Positions 55,050 to 64,000 of a DNA stretch of 64,000 nucleotides are shown piece by piece; within the stretch, counting starts at the first letter, position 1; every line of letters starts with the position of its first letter. The stretch spans positions 21,184 through 85,183 of the forward strand of contig CALRHL010000001.1 of assembly GCA_943359455.1 (NCBI GenBank). Reading direction: 5' to 3'. Source of the DNA: Candidatus Uhrbacteria bacterium RIFOXYB12_FULL_58_10 (GTDB lineage: Bacteria; Patescibacteriota; Patescibacteriia; UBA9934; GWF2-40-263). Position numbers and translations under genes: made by a program. Under the pieces are notes generated by a model. It made no database searches. It worked only from the letters and a program-made list of their open reading frames with translations, and was not told the origin of the DNA.

Positions 55050-55268
55050 ATTTCACTAAGATTCATTAAATGCAAATTTGTGAGAATGCCAAACGACGTC
55101 TAGTCGACATTCTGAAAAAAATGCACGGTGCCTTTTGTCTAAATACCCCTCGTCTTTGAGCGACGGCACATGAGGGTAGACCCGACCTTTATTTTTATTA
55201 TACAGCCTTTTGTGGCTGGGTAATAGATGTGTTCAAGCAAACTCATCCACAGGCCAGCCTCGAAGACA

Positions 55269-55880
55269 TCAGAACGTCGCCGTTCCAATAAACACAATTG
55301 CTCCGCTGTAATCTCCAGCGTTGCTTATTGAACTAATCCCAACCTTAAACGTCACCGTCGTTGTTATATCTGCACCCCAGTTTGAGCGGGAAGCAATAAT
55401 GGTTGGTGTCACAGCTGAAATTAAGCGATCGTCGGTAAACGAGCGATCCACACCTGTCAGACCAATACCGAATTCTTCGACACCAGCGGTGACAGCTCCA
55501 TCCGTAACATTTGCGAGTTGATACCCCTGACCCGTCTTAAATCCAGAAGCTAACCTTGCGGTAAGCGAATACCCAAGATCAGCATTCGTAGACAGTGTAA
55601 CAGTCGACGTCCCAGTACTCACAGAAGCTGTTGTGAGCGGGTTAGGAGAAAGCGTTATATTTGTATTTGAAATGGACATGGTAATTTTTGGCTGCTCGTA
55701 CGTGGCTTCAAAACCAGCTGTTAAACGATAATTGGTACTTGTTGACGCACTTCCAGAAACTTCAGCTGCGGTGCCGTAGTTAATAAAATTTGTCGATGTT
55801 GATCGATCGCCACCTCCGGCCTGTGTGTCTGCCCACAGAATAAAACCAGAAGACGAAGATTCAGCCAGCACCGCAAAAGG
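55269..55880 (-). pseudogene. 5'-truncated WxL-like surface protein
   Basis: Ends GDYSGAIVFIGTATF; only the tail of a signal peptide (PFAVLA) remains, abutting gmd sequence. Confidence 0.6.
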
Positions 55881-56506
55881 CGCGCGATCCCACGCGTAAT
55901 TTTTCGTGTCACGAACGTTGGGCCTCGACGTGGAGATTCGTGATTAAACAAAATTCCATTCACGGCAAACATTCCATACGCTTCTCGATAGAGCCGAGCG
56001 GTGTGATACGAAAAAACTTTCGCGATCGCGTATGGACTTGCTGGATAAAACGGAGTGTTTTCATTTTGTGGAGTCTCAGGAGGATTTCCAAACATTTCAG
56101 ACGACGACGCCTGATAAAACTTTGTAGGAAAACCCGCGTCGCGGATCGCTTCGAGCAAACGCAACGTCCCAAGCCCAGTGATGTTCGCGGTGTACTCTGG
56201 AATATCGTAGCTCACCTTCACATGAGATTGTGCGCCAAGATGATAAATCTCTGCAGGCTCAATCGTTCGAATCAATCGTGCGATCGAAGCACCATCTGAC
56301 AGGTCTCCGTAGTGCAGGAGCAAACGTCGATCAATCTCGTGTGGATCTTGATAGATATGATCGATGCGATCGGTATTGAAGGAACTCGACCGACGCATAA
56401 TGCCATGAACTTCATATCCTTTCGAAAGGAGGAGCTCGGCAAGATAGGAGCCATCCTGACCAGTCACTCCCGTGATCAACGCACGTTTTGATGATAATTG
56501 CGACAT
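55880..56506 (-). pseudogene. gmd: GDP-mannose 4,6-dehydratase, 3'-truncated
   Basis: [26 protein letters not shown] and [14 protein letters not shown], after which homology is lost. Confidence 0.85.
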
Positions 56507-56565
56507 AGAATTGCTTCAATGCTAGTCGGATGACAAAACTCTGTCAACGTGCTAGAGTCGGGTGT

Positions 56566-57753
56566 ATGAAATTTTGTATCTTAGGAAATCATCGAGATTT
56601 GTCGATTGCCGAAATTCAGGCTGTAACAGGCGTGACAGAGTTTGCGTCGACGTCTGGCGATGCGCTTGTGTTTGAAACAGATTTCCCGTCTGTGCAGTTA
56701 CAAGAACGATTGGCGGGGACGATTAAGGTTGGATCGATTGTTGGCTCGCTCGAGGTGTGGAACAAGGAAGCGTGTGCGGATTTGATTGCGATGATGATTG
56801 AACCAACAGAAACAAAAATTACATTCGGAATCAGTGTGTACGATGCGGGGGATTCGAAACGGACGAAGGAGTTGCGGAGTGAATCTGAAAAGGTTGGGCT
56901 TGAAATCAAGAAACGCCTGAAAGCAGACGGACGGTCAGCTCGGCTTGTCACTTCGCGTGAAAAGACATTGTCTGCGGTTGTTGTGACGACAAATCACTTG
57001 CTTGAATCAGGTGGAGAGTTTGTATTGATTGTGACGCCGACAACCGTCTGGATCGGACAGACAGAAGCGGTTCAGGACTTTGAAGCTTGGGGAAAACGAG
57101 ATTTTGGCCGACCTGCGCGTGATGCAAAGTCTGGAATGCTACCACCTAAACTTGCTCGGATGATGATCAACCTTACCGGGCTTGATCCAGCAGTGAGTGT
57201 TATCCTTGATCCGTTCTGCGGATCTGGAACGATTCCCATGGAAGCGGCACTCCTTGGTTTTAAACAGGTGATTGGAACAGACATCAGCAAAAAAGCGATC
57301 ATGGATTCTCAACAAAATCTCGCGTGGCTTGCAACACAACAACGAACACACACAAAAATCGATCTGAATGTTTGTCCCGCACAAGTCCTGACACTTCCAG
57401 AACTTGCCTGCCCCTCGGAGCCTTGGCGAAGTGGGGTCGATGCCATTGTCACCGAAACGTATCTTGGCCCAGCACTTCATGGTGGCGAACACGCAGACTT
57501 TCTCAAAAAAAATATTGCCTCCTTGTCCGATCTGTATCGCGAAACGTTCGGGTCGCTTCGACATTTGCTTTGTCCAGGCGGAAAAGCAATTGTTGCCTTT
57601 CCAGTATTTCGCACAAAAACTGGATGGGAGCACACCGCATCAAAAGAGCTGATGGAATCGCTCGGCTTCACCGTCAAACACCGCTTTCACTACGACCGCG
57701 CCGGACAGAATGTAGGGCGAGAAATTTTTGTGATGTATTTGATGACGAAATAA
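56566..57753 (+). CDS. Trm11/UPF0020-like RNA methyltransferase
   Basis: GMLPPKLARMM, DPFCGSGT and VTETYLG. Confidence 0.85.
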   Translation: MKFCILGNHRDLSIAEIQAVTGVTEFASTSGDALVFETDFPSVQLQERLAGTIKVGSIVGSLEVWNKEACADLIAMMIEPTETKITFGISVYDAGDSKRTKELRSESEKVGLEIKKRLKADGRSARLVTSREKTLSAVVVTTNHLLESGGEFVLIVTPTTVWIGQTEAVQDFEAWGKRDFGRPARDAKSGMLPPKLARMMINLTGLDPAVSVILDPFCGSGTIPMEAALLGFKQVIGTDISKKAIMDSQQNLAWLATQQRTHTKIDLNVCPAQVLTLPELACPSEPWRSGVDAIVTETYLGPALHGGEHADFLKKNIASLSDLYRETFGSLRHLLCPGGKAIVAFPVFRTKTGWEHTASKELMESLGFTVKHRFHYDRAGQNVGREIFVMYLMTK

Positions 57754-57757
57754 CAAA

Positions 57758-58840
57758 TCATTCTACCGGCCCAAGAAAATGAACACGCAACCCTGGCGCA
57801 TCTGCAATGATTTCAAGGACGTGATCTCCTGAAACTAATTTAGCAATGTCTGCGGTTAGATAGTATGAAACCGTGATATAAGATCTTCCATCAGCACTAA
57901 CTACCTGAACATCCTTCCCAGCTTCCTCCCAGGTCAAATATCTCCCATCTATCTTGACTGTCGGAAAATGCTGTTGGCCATCAACATAATCCAAAGACGC
58001 ACGCACTCCTGTTCCATTAAACCGGAACCGAAGCGCCGCGTCTGTTTCTGTTGCCTCTACCTCTTCCCCGCTGATAATCCAGCCACCAGAAAGCGCAAAA
58101 TGTTTTGGCTCGATCGTAACAGGAAATGAATAAAACCCTTCACTTTCTGCAATAATTATCTCCGGACTATCAAAACGAAATTTTTTACCCGCTCCTGGCA
58201 CGACATTTGGATCCTCAATCACGATAGGATTCTCATCCAAATCTGTCCATCCAATAAGCGTGCGAATGGTTTCTTCTAATTCATCCATTCGTCTATCCCC
58301 AAATTCTATATCAACTTGATTTAAATTTGAGTCAAACAAATATAACACAGGCCATACTTCCGCTCCATACAGCTGACGAATCAACCCTTCACCATCAACT
58401 GCCACTCGATACTCTGTGTATTGCTGTTGAATAAACTCTCTGATACTTTCAAGTGACTCATCTGCCGAAGGTTCATAAATCGAAACGACCATAAAACCAT
58501 TTTTTGAATATTTTTTTTGCCATGCATTCAGCGTTGGAATCATGCGAATACACGAAACACAGTCCTTACTCCAAAATGTCACGAGTGTTGTATTTTTTTG
58601 ATTCAAAAGACTCAGTGGGTCAATCGCATCACGCACATACCACTTTGTTGCATCAGAAAATTTTTGAACGGTCAGTGGAACGAATGCCGCGGCAACAGAA
58701 TCGATTGTCTGGCTTTGCATGAAGGAACCGAGGGAAGGAATCGTCAATTCTGTATCAACTTCTAACACCGCCTGACGAAACTCAAATCCAATGATCGTGA
58801 TGAGAAAAATGGTACTAAGAATACGAAGGGGTTTCTTCAT
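57758..58840 (-). CDS. DipZ-like thioredoxin-domain protein
   Basis: FWSKDCVSC and WPVLYLFD followed by a DipZ-type C-terminal domain. Confidence 0.78.
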   Translation of the reverse strand: MKKPLRILSTIFLITIIGFEFRQAVLEVDTELTIPSLGSFMQSQTIDSVAAAFVPLTVQKFSDATKWYVRDAIDPLSLLNQKNTTLVTFWSKDCVSCIRMIPTLNAWQKKYSKNGFMVVSIYEPSADESLESIREFIQQQYTEYRVAVDGEGLIRQLYGAEVWPVLYLFDSNLNQVDIEFGDRRMDELEETIRTLIGWTDLDENPIVIEDPNVVPGAGKKFRFDSPEIIIAESEGFYSFPVTIEPKHFALSGGWIISGEEVEATETDAALRFRFNGTGVRASLDYVDGQQHFPTVKIDGRYLTWEEAGKDVQVVSADGRSYITVSYYLTADIAKLVSGDHVLEIIADAPGLRVHFLGPVE

Positions 58841-59469
58841 AACGAAAAAAATGAATACGGTCCAAATGGAAGGAGAAACGCGTGAATCGTTGCATCAAAC
58901 CCAAACAGAATTTCTAAACCAACAAAAGCTAGGAGGCCGATGAGAATTGGGTTGAGTGGTTTGGGGAGTTCATGCCGTGCGAGGTATCCACGAATCGTGA
59001 CATCAAAAAAGAAAATAACGAGCCAGAGCGCGATAGAGGCACCTATCGCGTATGCAATGAACAACATGGTTGTGGCAAATGGATAGGAGCCGGCTGCGGT
59101 GATCGACAGGAGGGTGCGTGTAACCACTCCACCACACGGCGTCCAGATGATGCCGAGCATCGAGCCACCGATCGCGCTTGCGAGCGCTGAATTTTTCATG
59201 CTGTGCCTCCAGATATAAACAGCGACGCCAATCAAAACAAGCGAACCAGTGATACGCCAAACGCGTTCATCAACTTCGAGTAACGATCCGTTCGCGAGTA
59301 ATGCAGAACCAACAAATGCAAACGTGAGGGTAAAAAATCCAAAAAACCATTTTGCGCGTGTTTGAATCGTCCCTGTTCCAAGTGCCATGCCGACAAACAA
59401 GACAGGGAGAAAACACGGGGAAAGAATTGATGACAGTCCAGCGAGTAGACTATAAAAAAAGAGAGCCAT
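58837..59469 (-). CDS. CcdA/DsbD-like transmembrane protein
   Basis: LSPCFLP and WTPCGG. Confidence 0.82.
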   Translation of the reverse strand: MALFFYSLLAGLSSILSPCFLPVLFVGMALGTGTIQTRAKWFFGFFTLTFAFVGSALLANGSLLEVDERVWRITGSLVLIGVAVYIWRHSMKNSALASAIGGSMLGIIWTPCGGVVTRTLLSITAAGSYPFATTMLFIAYAIGASIALWLVIFFFDVTIRGYLARHELPKPLNPILIGLLAFVGLEILFGFDATIHAFLLPFGPYSFFSL

Positions 59470-59520
59470 AACGCTGGAAATTATAACAAAAAAAAGAGCT
59501 CGGAGCGAATCCGAGCTAGG

Positions 59521-59682
59521 TCAATCGTGTGGAGCGTCGTATATGCCGGTGAGCATCCAGATGAAGAAGCAGACAAGGAGAGCAACTCCTAGACAGGCGG
59601 CCAATCCGCTGGTAAACGGGTTGCCACCAATCGGTCCTCCGCCTGCGAAGGCGGTCTGGACCAGAAACAGGGTGTGGAGCAT
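59521..59682 (-). CDS. Small membrane protein
   Basis: 53-aa hydrophobic ORF at the operon end. Confidence 0.45.
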   Translation of the reverse strand: MLHTLFLVQTAFAGGGPIGGNPFTSGLAACLGVALLVCFFIWMLTGIYDAPHD

Positions 59683-59690
59683 GCCTTTTC

Positions 59691-59810
59691 CTACTGCGCG
59701 ATCAGACTGACGAGCACGCCGATTACGAGCATGGCGACCATGCTGCAACCATCCGTCGACTCTCCACCGATGCGAACGATGTCACTGACGATTTGAACGA
59801 ACTGAGTCAT
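59691..59810 (-). CDS. Small membrane protein
   Basis: SD GGAG, ATGA overlap with the CHAP gene, hydrophobic C-terminus. Confidence 0.45.
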   Translation of the reverse strand: MTQFVQIVSDIVRIGGESTDGCSMVAMLVIGVLVSLIAQ

Positions 59811-60415
59811 TGTGTCTCCTGAAGTTGTGGTCGACTCCAGCCGGCCACGGGTTGTGGATAGGTGCCCTGATGAACGGACCATCCGTTACCTGAGCGAGAA
59901 ATCGGCAGGCTGTCCTGCCAGTTGTAACGACAGACGAAGAAAAGCTGACACGAGGTGAAATTCTGCTGAATGAACTCCACTCGATCATCAAGCACGCGTG
60001 AGATGACAGCGATGTGTCCAACCGTTCCGTCGGAATCACCGCCATCGAACACGAGAGCGTCCCATGGCTCGGGACGAACATCCCCACCATTTGTGTATGA
60101 CACGAGACCTTTCTCTTTCGCATACCAGTAGTACGAATCTGCGTGTCCTGTTTGCGTGAGATTTCGATGTCCATGCTTTTCAACAAAGACACGATTCACG
60201 AGCTCTACACACTGGTATTCGAGTCCAAACTGTCCGCGATCGTCTCCACCATTTGCAGAGAAAACCTGAATCCCATCAACCTCGCCAAGAATAGTACCAT
60301 GTGGAGGGAGGGAAAATCGATAACCGCTCGCCCAGATTCTTACTACGTTTATCGCACACATCATGATGGAGAAAACCATCATGAGTGCAGCCAGCCGTTT
60401 TACAACGGACCACAT
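59807..60415 (-). CDS. CHAP-domain amidase
   Basis: YQCVELVNR, GHIAVI and IQQN. Confidence 0.85.
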   Translation of the reverse strand: MWSVVKRLAALMMVFSIMMCAINVVRIWASGYRFSLPPHGTILGEVDGIQVFSANGGDDRGQFGLEYQCVELVNRVFVEKHGHRNLTQTGHADSYYWYAKEKGLVSYTNGGDVRPEPWDALVFDGGDSDGTVGHIAVISRVLDDRVEFIQQNFTSCQLFFVCRYNWQDSLPISRSGNGWSVHQGTYPQPVAGWSRPQLQETQ

Positions 60416-61374
60416 GATTCCTCCTTTTCTACAAACTGCGGATACATATCGTACCCGTTGCGTGACCAGTGAAGCAAACTGCGTTCAACCAATGCGTCGA
60501 GTCGCTCGGTGTACGCGGGTGGTGTCAGGTAAAACCGTCGAGGAAACACGAGCGCGTGGCTCAGCATCTCGTACGGCATCACATTCTGACAAAACGCGAG
60601 TTCGCGATCGGTCTTTGGCAGACGCAAATTGCGTCGCTTTCCTTTCGCATGAACACGAGAAATCCAAACGGGTTGCAACTTCCCATCCGCGAACAGTTCG
60701 TCAACGGTTTCGTAATAGAGCGGGTCCACTCCAGCTTCGCGATGAATGAAATGAATCACTCGACCACGAACCCAGAGCGCGACATGAGAATTGATATCTT
60801 TCCCAGCCGCAACCACCTCGTCCCAATACGTCGTGTCTTCCCACAGCAGTCCGATCATGTACACCTGTGTTGGTTCGAAGTTGAATTGCCGAACCGCGTC
60901 TTGCAACTCGATCTTCACACCAGGTGCGAGCTGACCATCCGTGTTGTAACGCGCAGTTTCATCCCACACCGTGGTGAGCTTATCTGCGTTTGAAACACAG
61001 GTCGTACAATCTTCACCCGTTGCAATATACTTGGCGCGCTCGGTGCGAACGGTCCACGCACTTGCATGAACGAGCTTGATGCCTGTTACAAGCACGATGT
61101 ATTTCACAACGGTTGCCGAACACATCGCATTGTCCATTTCCCACCAAGGCAAAAACCTCGGCAGTCGTCCAGTACGTTCAATGTAATTGAGCAACGCCGA
61201 GTGATCCTCAGCCGAAAGCTTGTCGACAGACTTCCAAAAGACAAGCTCCTCCGCACGCGTCTCAGCCTTCACCTTTGGATAGTGAAGATAAAGCAGCGTC
61301 AAAATCGTCCCAAACACCCCAGCAAACATGCACAGGATGCTGGCGATTCGGTTCAAACCGAGTCGATATCCCAT
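60400..61374 (-). CDS. Membrane-anchored hypothetical protein, possible papain-like fold
   Basis: N-terminal TM, MCSATV and SHVALW. Confidence 0.6.
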   Translation of the reverse strand: MGYRLGLNRIASILCMFAGVFGTILTLLYLHYPKVKAETRAEELVFWKSVDKLSAEDHSALLNYIERTGRLPRFLPWWEMDNAMCSATVVKYIVLVTGIKLVHASAWTVRTERAKYIATGEDCTTCVSNADKLTTVWDETARYNTDGQLAPGVKIELQDAVRQFNFEPTQVYMIGLLWEDTTYWDEVVAAGKDINSHVALWVRGRVIHFIHREAGVDPLYYETVDELFADGKLQPVWISRVHAKGKRRNLRLPKTDRELAFCQNVMPYEMLSHALVFPRRFYLTPPAYTERLDALVERSLLHWSRNGYDMYPQFVEKEESCGPL

Positions 61375-61429
61375 GATTTCACCTGTGATGTTGAGGGAGG
61401 AGTGTATCTAAAAATTTGCTATTTGTCAA

Positions 61430-61529
61430 CCGTAACCACCCCTTAGCCCCTCCTTGAAAAGGAGGGGAGCAGAGTTTTCCAGAAAACAAACTCCCCTCCT
61501 TTTCAAGGAGGGGTCGGGGGTGGTTACGG
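61430..61529. repeat. BIME-like inverted pair of REP hairpins
   Basis: CCCCTCCTTGAAAAGGAGGGG and its reverse complement inside CCGTAACCACCC/GGGTGGTTACGG. Confidence 0.75.
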
Positions 61530-61540
61530 CATCAGATAAT

Positions 61541-62563
61541 TCAGTCCAACACCGGGTGTTGGCTGACACGGGAGAGTTCGGATGCAGTGCGCCTTGCCTC
61601 CTTCATAAACCGGTCAAGTTCTGCGCGTTTTGATTCGTAATAAGCTGTCCCGTGAATTTTTGTTCGTTCTAGTGCTTGAAATGCTTTTGCAAAACGCTCT
61701 TCAAACATACCAATATCAAATGCTCCGTCTCGCAAACGATTTCTGAGAAGAACCTCTTTTGGCGGGAGACGTGTTTCTTTTACAAGACGAACGAAACTGA
61801 GCAGTTGCAAAATGTAATAACTTGCATCAATTTCCCACCAATAAAATCCTTGACGTGTTGACGATCGATAGTGATGATGATTATTGTGCCATCCTTCTCC
61901 AAGAGTGATGAGTGCAAGAAACCAGTTGTTGCGACTTGTGTCAGATGTCGCAAAGCGGCGACTGCCAATCACATGAGAAAGTGAGTTGATGGTAAACGTA
62001 CCGTGATAGAGAAGAACGGTTGAAAGAAAAAACCCGATGAGAAGCGCGCTCCATCCTCCGAGCATGAGAATCGTGATCGCGAGAAGTGTTGGGGGAACGA
62101 GAGGATATTTGTCGAGCAAGCGCAATTCAGGATAGGACGCAAAATCTCGAATGCGATCCATGGGTGTTGTTTTGAATTTGTCACACAAAAACCATCCAAC
62201 ATGACTCCACCAAAATCCACGACGTGGTGAGTGAATATCTTGAGGCATGTCTGAGTACAGATGATGATCGCGATGGTGACCCGCCCACCAAAGCACTCCC
62301 TTTTGCGCAGACATCGTTCCACCAAGTGCCATCACAAATTGCATGACGCGCCCCAGCTTATACGAGCGGTGCGCGAAGTAACGGTGATAACCAGCGGTAA
62401 TAAAAAACATGCGAACGATGTACAGAACGATACACAAGATGATGTCCATGAGATGTATCCCTGTCATAATCGCAAGCAAAGGCGCGAGATGCATGAGAAA
62501 AAATGGAACAGACTTCACCCAATTCACTCGTTCATCCGAAGATCTTTTGTACAATATATTCAT
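61541..62563 (-). CDS. Delta-9-type membrane fatty acid desaturase
   Basis: His boxes HRYFAH, HRDHH and GEGWHNNHH; INSLSH. Confidence 0.93.
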   Translation of the reverse strand: MNILYKRSSDERVNWVKSVPFFLMHLAPLLAIMTGIHLMDIILCIVLYIVRMFFITAGYHRYFAHRSYKLGRVMQFVMALGGTMSAQKGVLWWAGHHRDHHLYSDMPQDIHSPRRGFWWSHVGWFLCDKFKTTPMDRIRDFASYPELRLLDKYPLVPPTLLAITILMLGGWSALLIGFFLSTVLLYHGTFTINSLSHVIGSRRFATSDTSRNNWFLALITLGEGWHNNHHHYRSSTRQGFYWWEIDASYYILQLLSFVRLVKETRLPPKEVLLRNRLRDGAFDIGMFEERFAKAFQALERTKIHGTAYYESKRAELDRFMKEARRTASELSRVSQHPVLD

Positions 62564-62656
62564 AGCGAGACCAGTATACACCGCTTGACTGTTTCTGGCG
62601 CAACAGGCATAATCGCATCACGCTATTTTATTCGACACGCTCAATGTCGAGAACCT

Positions 62657-62926
62657 ATGCCAATTAAACAAAATGCGAAAAAAGCGCTTCGACAGTCCGT
62701 CAAACGCTTGGCTCGTAACAAAGCAATTAAGGACGAGATTAAATCCTTGCGCGTGAAGTTTCGAAAACTTATCACTTCGAAAGAAGCAGAGAAGGCCGTC
62801 GAAATCGCTCGCTCGCTCGGACAAAAATTCGACAAGTCTGTTTCCAAAGGAGTGATGAAAAAAAACACCGTCGCACGTCTCAAATCTCGCATGATGGCAA
62901 GATTGAACGCGATCAAAGCCAAGTAA
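62657..62926 (+). CDS. rpsT: 30S ribosomal protein S20
   Basis: MPIKQNAKKALRQ..DKSVSKGVMKKNTVARLKSR. Confidence 0.96.
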   Translation: MPIKQNAKKALRQSVKRLARNKAIKDEIKSLRVKFRKLITSKEAEKAVEIARSLGQKFDKSVSKGVMKKNTVARLKSRMMARLNAIKAK

Positions 62927-62931
62927 CAATG

Positions 62932-62964
62932 AAGACCTCCGACATATGTTGGAGGTCTTTTTTT
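62932..62964 (+). terminator. Intrinsic terminator after rpsT
   Basis: AAGACCTCCGAC-ATAT-GTTGGAGGTCTT followed by a T run. Confidence 0.8.
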
Positions 62965-63003
62965 GATAAAAAAATCCGCAATCAGAGACTGCGGAAAGAG
63001 AAA

Positions 63004-63969
63004 TTACTTTGGCGTGTAGTAGGCTGTGCGGTCTGCAAGGAATTTTGCAGTCAGCGCATCTTTCTTTCTCTCATGAGCCACCGATTGTCGGTAGCACTCC
63101 AGTTCGGTCTGATGAGAGATCAGATCCGAGAGACGCGATCCAAACGCGATTCGCAAGTTTCTCACGCAGTCCCATGAAGTACGCGACATTACCGTCTCCT
63201 CCCAAGGAGGAAGAAGGATGTCATCTTCTTCGTCACGATCTGCGTACAGTTCCGCACGAACCTTCACGTACGATTCCATGGCGTATCGATCAAACACGAT
63301 CCCGAGTTGATCCTTCAACTGTTGTGCGTGCTTCGGTTCTACTTCCAGTCCCCTGGATTCGAACAAGAAGAGATACACAACAATTGAGAGAGAAGCGTAG
63401 AGCGATTTGTCATTCCACAGATCGCACAGAGCTTCATCTGGCAATCGCGTCATCATCTCGACAAGTTCTGCGAGACGATCGTCAATCTTCGACTCGCTCT
63501 TCAGCATATCTCGTACTGCGCGTTCGAGATATGGTTGACGCAACACTTTAAAGTATTGCTCACCCACAGATCGTTTCCACGAAAGATGTCCGCTATCGAG
63601 AAAATCGTTCACGAGATTGGGTACGTTTCTCAAAAACCACTTAACGACGAGCACGCGAGCAGGTTTCTGAAGCTCGCTTAAATGACGCAACAGCATTTCA
63701 TCTGGAATCTCATACAGGTCCAACATCATCTGGACCTCTTCAGAGTCGAACCTTCTCCATTCGATCCCGTATTCAATTGCTTGCAACAACATCGGATTCA
63801 AACCCGCTGCTTCACCCAAATCGTTGCTGTGTGTGTGCAAGTACTCAAGCGCAGATTCGTGACTGAAATCAGCCACCGATCCACTCGAAAGATATGGATC
63901 GATGAAGTGCATGCTGATCGTAGGAGCGTGAGGACTCTTACAAAGATCGAGAACGTGCTTTTTTGCCAA
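63004..63969 (-). CDS. Hypothetical protein
   Basis: 321-aa ORF, GGAGG upstream. Confidence 0.6.
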   Translation of the reverse strand: MAKKHVLDLCKSPHAPTISMHFIDPYLSSGSVADFSHESALEYLHTHSNDLGEAAGLNPMLLQAIEYGIEWRRFDSEEVQMMLDLYEIPDEMLLRHLSELQKPARVLVVKWFLRNVPNLVNDFLDSGHLSWKRSVGEQYFKVLRQPYLERAVRDMLKSESKIDDRLAELVEMMTRLPDEALCDLWNDKSLYASLSIVVYLFLFESRGLEVEPKHAQQLKDQLGIVFDRYAMESYVKVRAELYADRDEEDDILLPPWEETVMSRTSWDCVRNLRIAFGSRLSDLISHQTELECYRQSVAHERKKDALTAKFLADRTAYYTPK

Positions 63970-64000
63970 TGAGCGAATGTACTTCTCTGCCTCCAGAAGA

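Noticed and set aside
62261-62656. N-terminal extension of the rpsT ORF
   Set aside because: Antisense to the desaturase; S20 homology starts at 62657

Overview
A 64-kb chromosomal segment of a small-genome bacterium. The gene content and style point to Patescibacteria/CPR (Parcubacteria/ABY1-like, code 11); this placement is an inference. Core genes are rpoB-rpoC, recA, ftsK, tsaD-tsaE, ruvC-yebC, efp, epmA, rpsF-ssb-rpsR, rpsT, arfB, tRNA-Glu and tRNA-Gly. They are interspersed with lineage-specific genes, three type II TA pairs, a serine-recombinase remnant at tRNA-Glu cut by an internally deleted IS3, a WxL/DUF916-like surface cluster, a truncated gmd, DipZ-like redox genes, cell-wall enzymes and a fatty-acid desaturase. 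The main observations are: (1) a Nudix + viperin-like radical SAM + atypical guanylate-kinase cluster upstream of rpoB, a candidate new modified-nucleotide/antiviral system; (2) several REP/palindrome/heptamer repeat families that sit between genes and also in frame inside TsaD (twice), TsaE, EpmA, a Trm11-like methyltransferase and an FN3 protein; (3) MITEs, including a 160-bp element with an ATT target duplication that rewrote the HicA C-terminus and a 56-bp minimal IS3 derivative; (4) candidate structured 5' leaders, one with mutually exclusive hairpins over the start codon; (5) apparent coexistence of leaderless/SD-less genes and SD-led accessory genes. All calls come from visual motif recognition; no searches were run.
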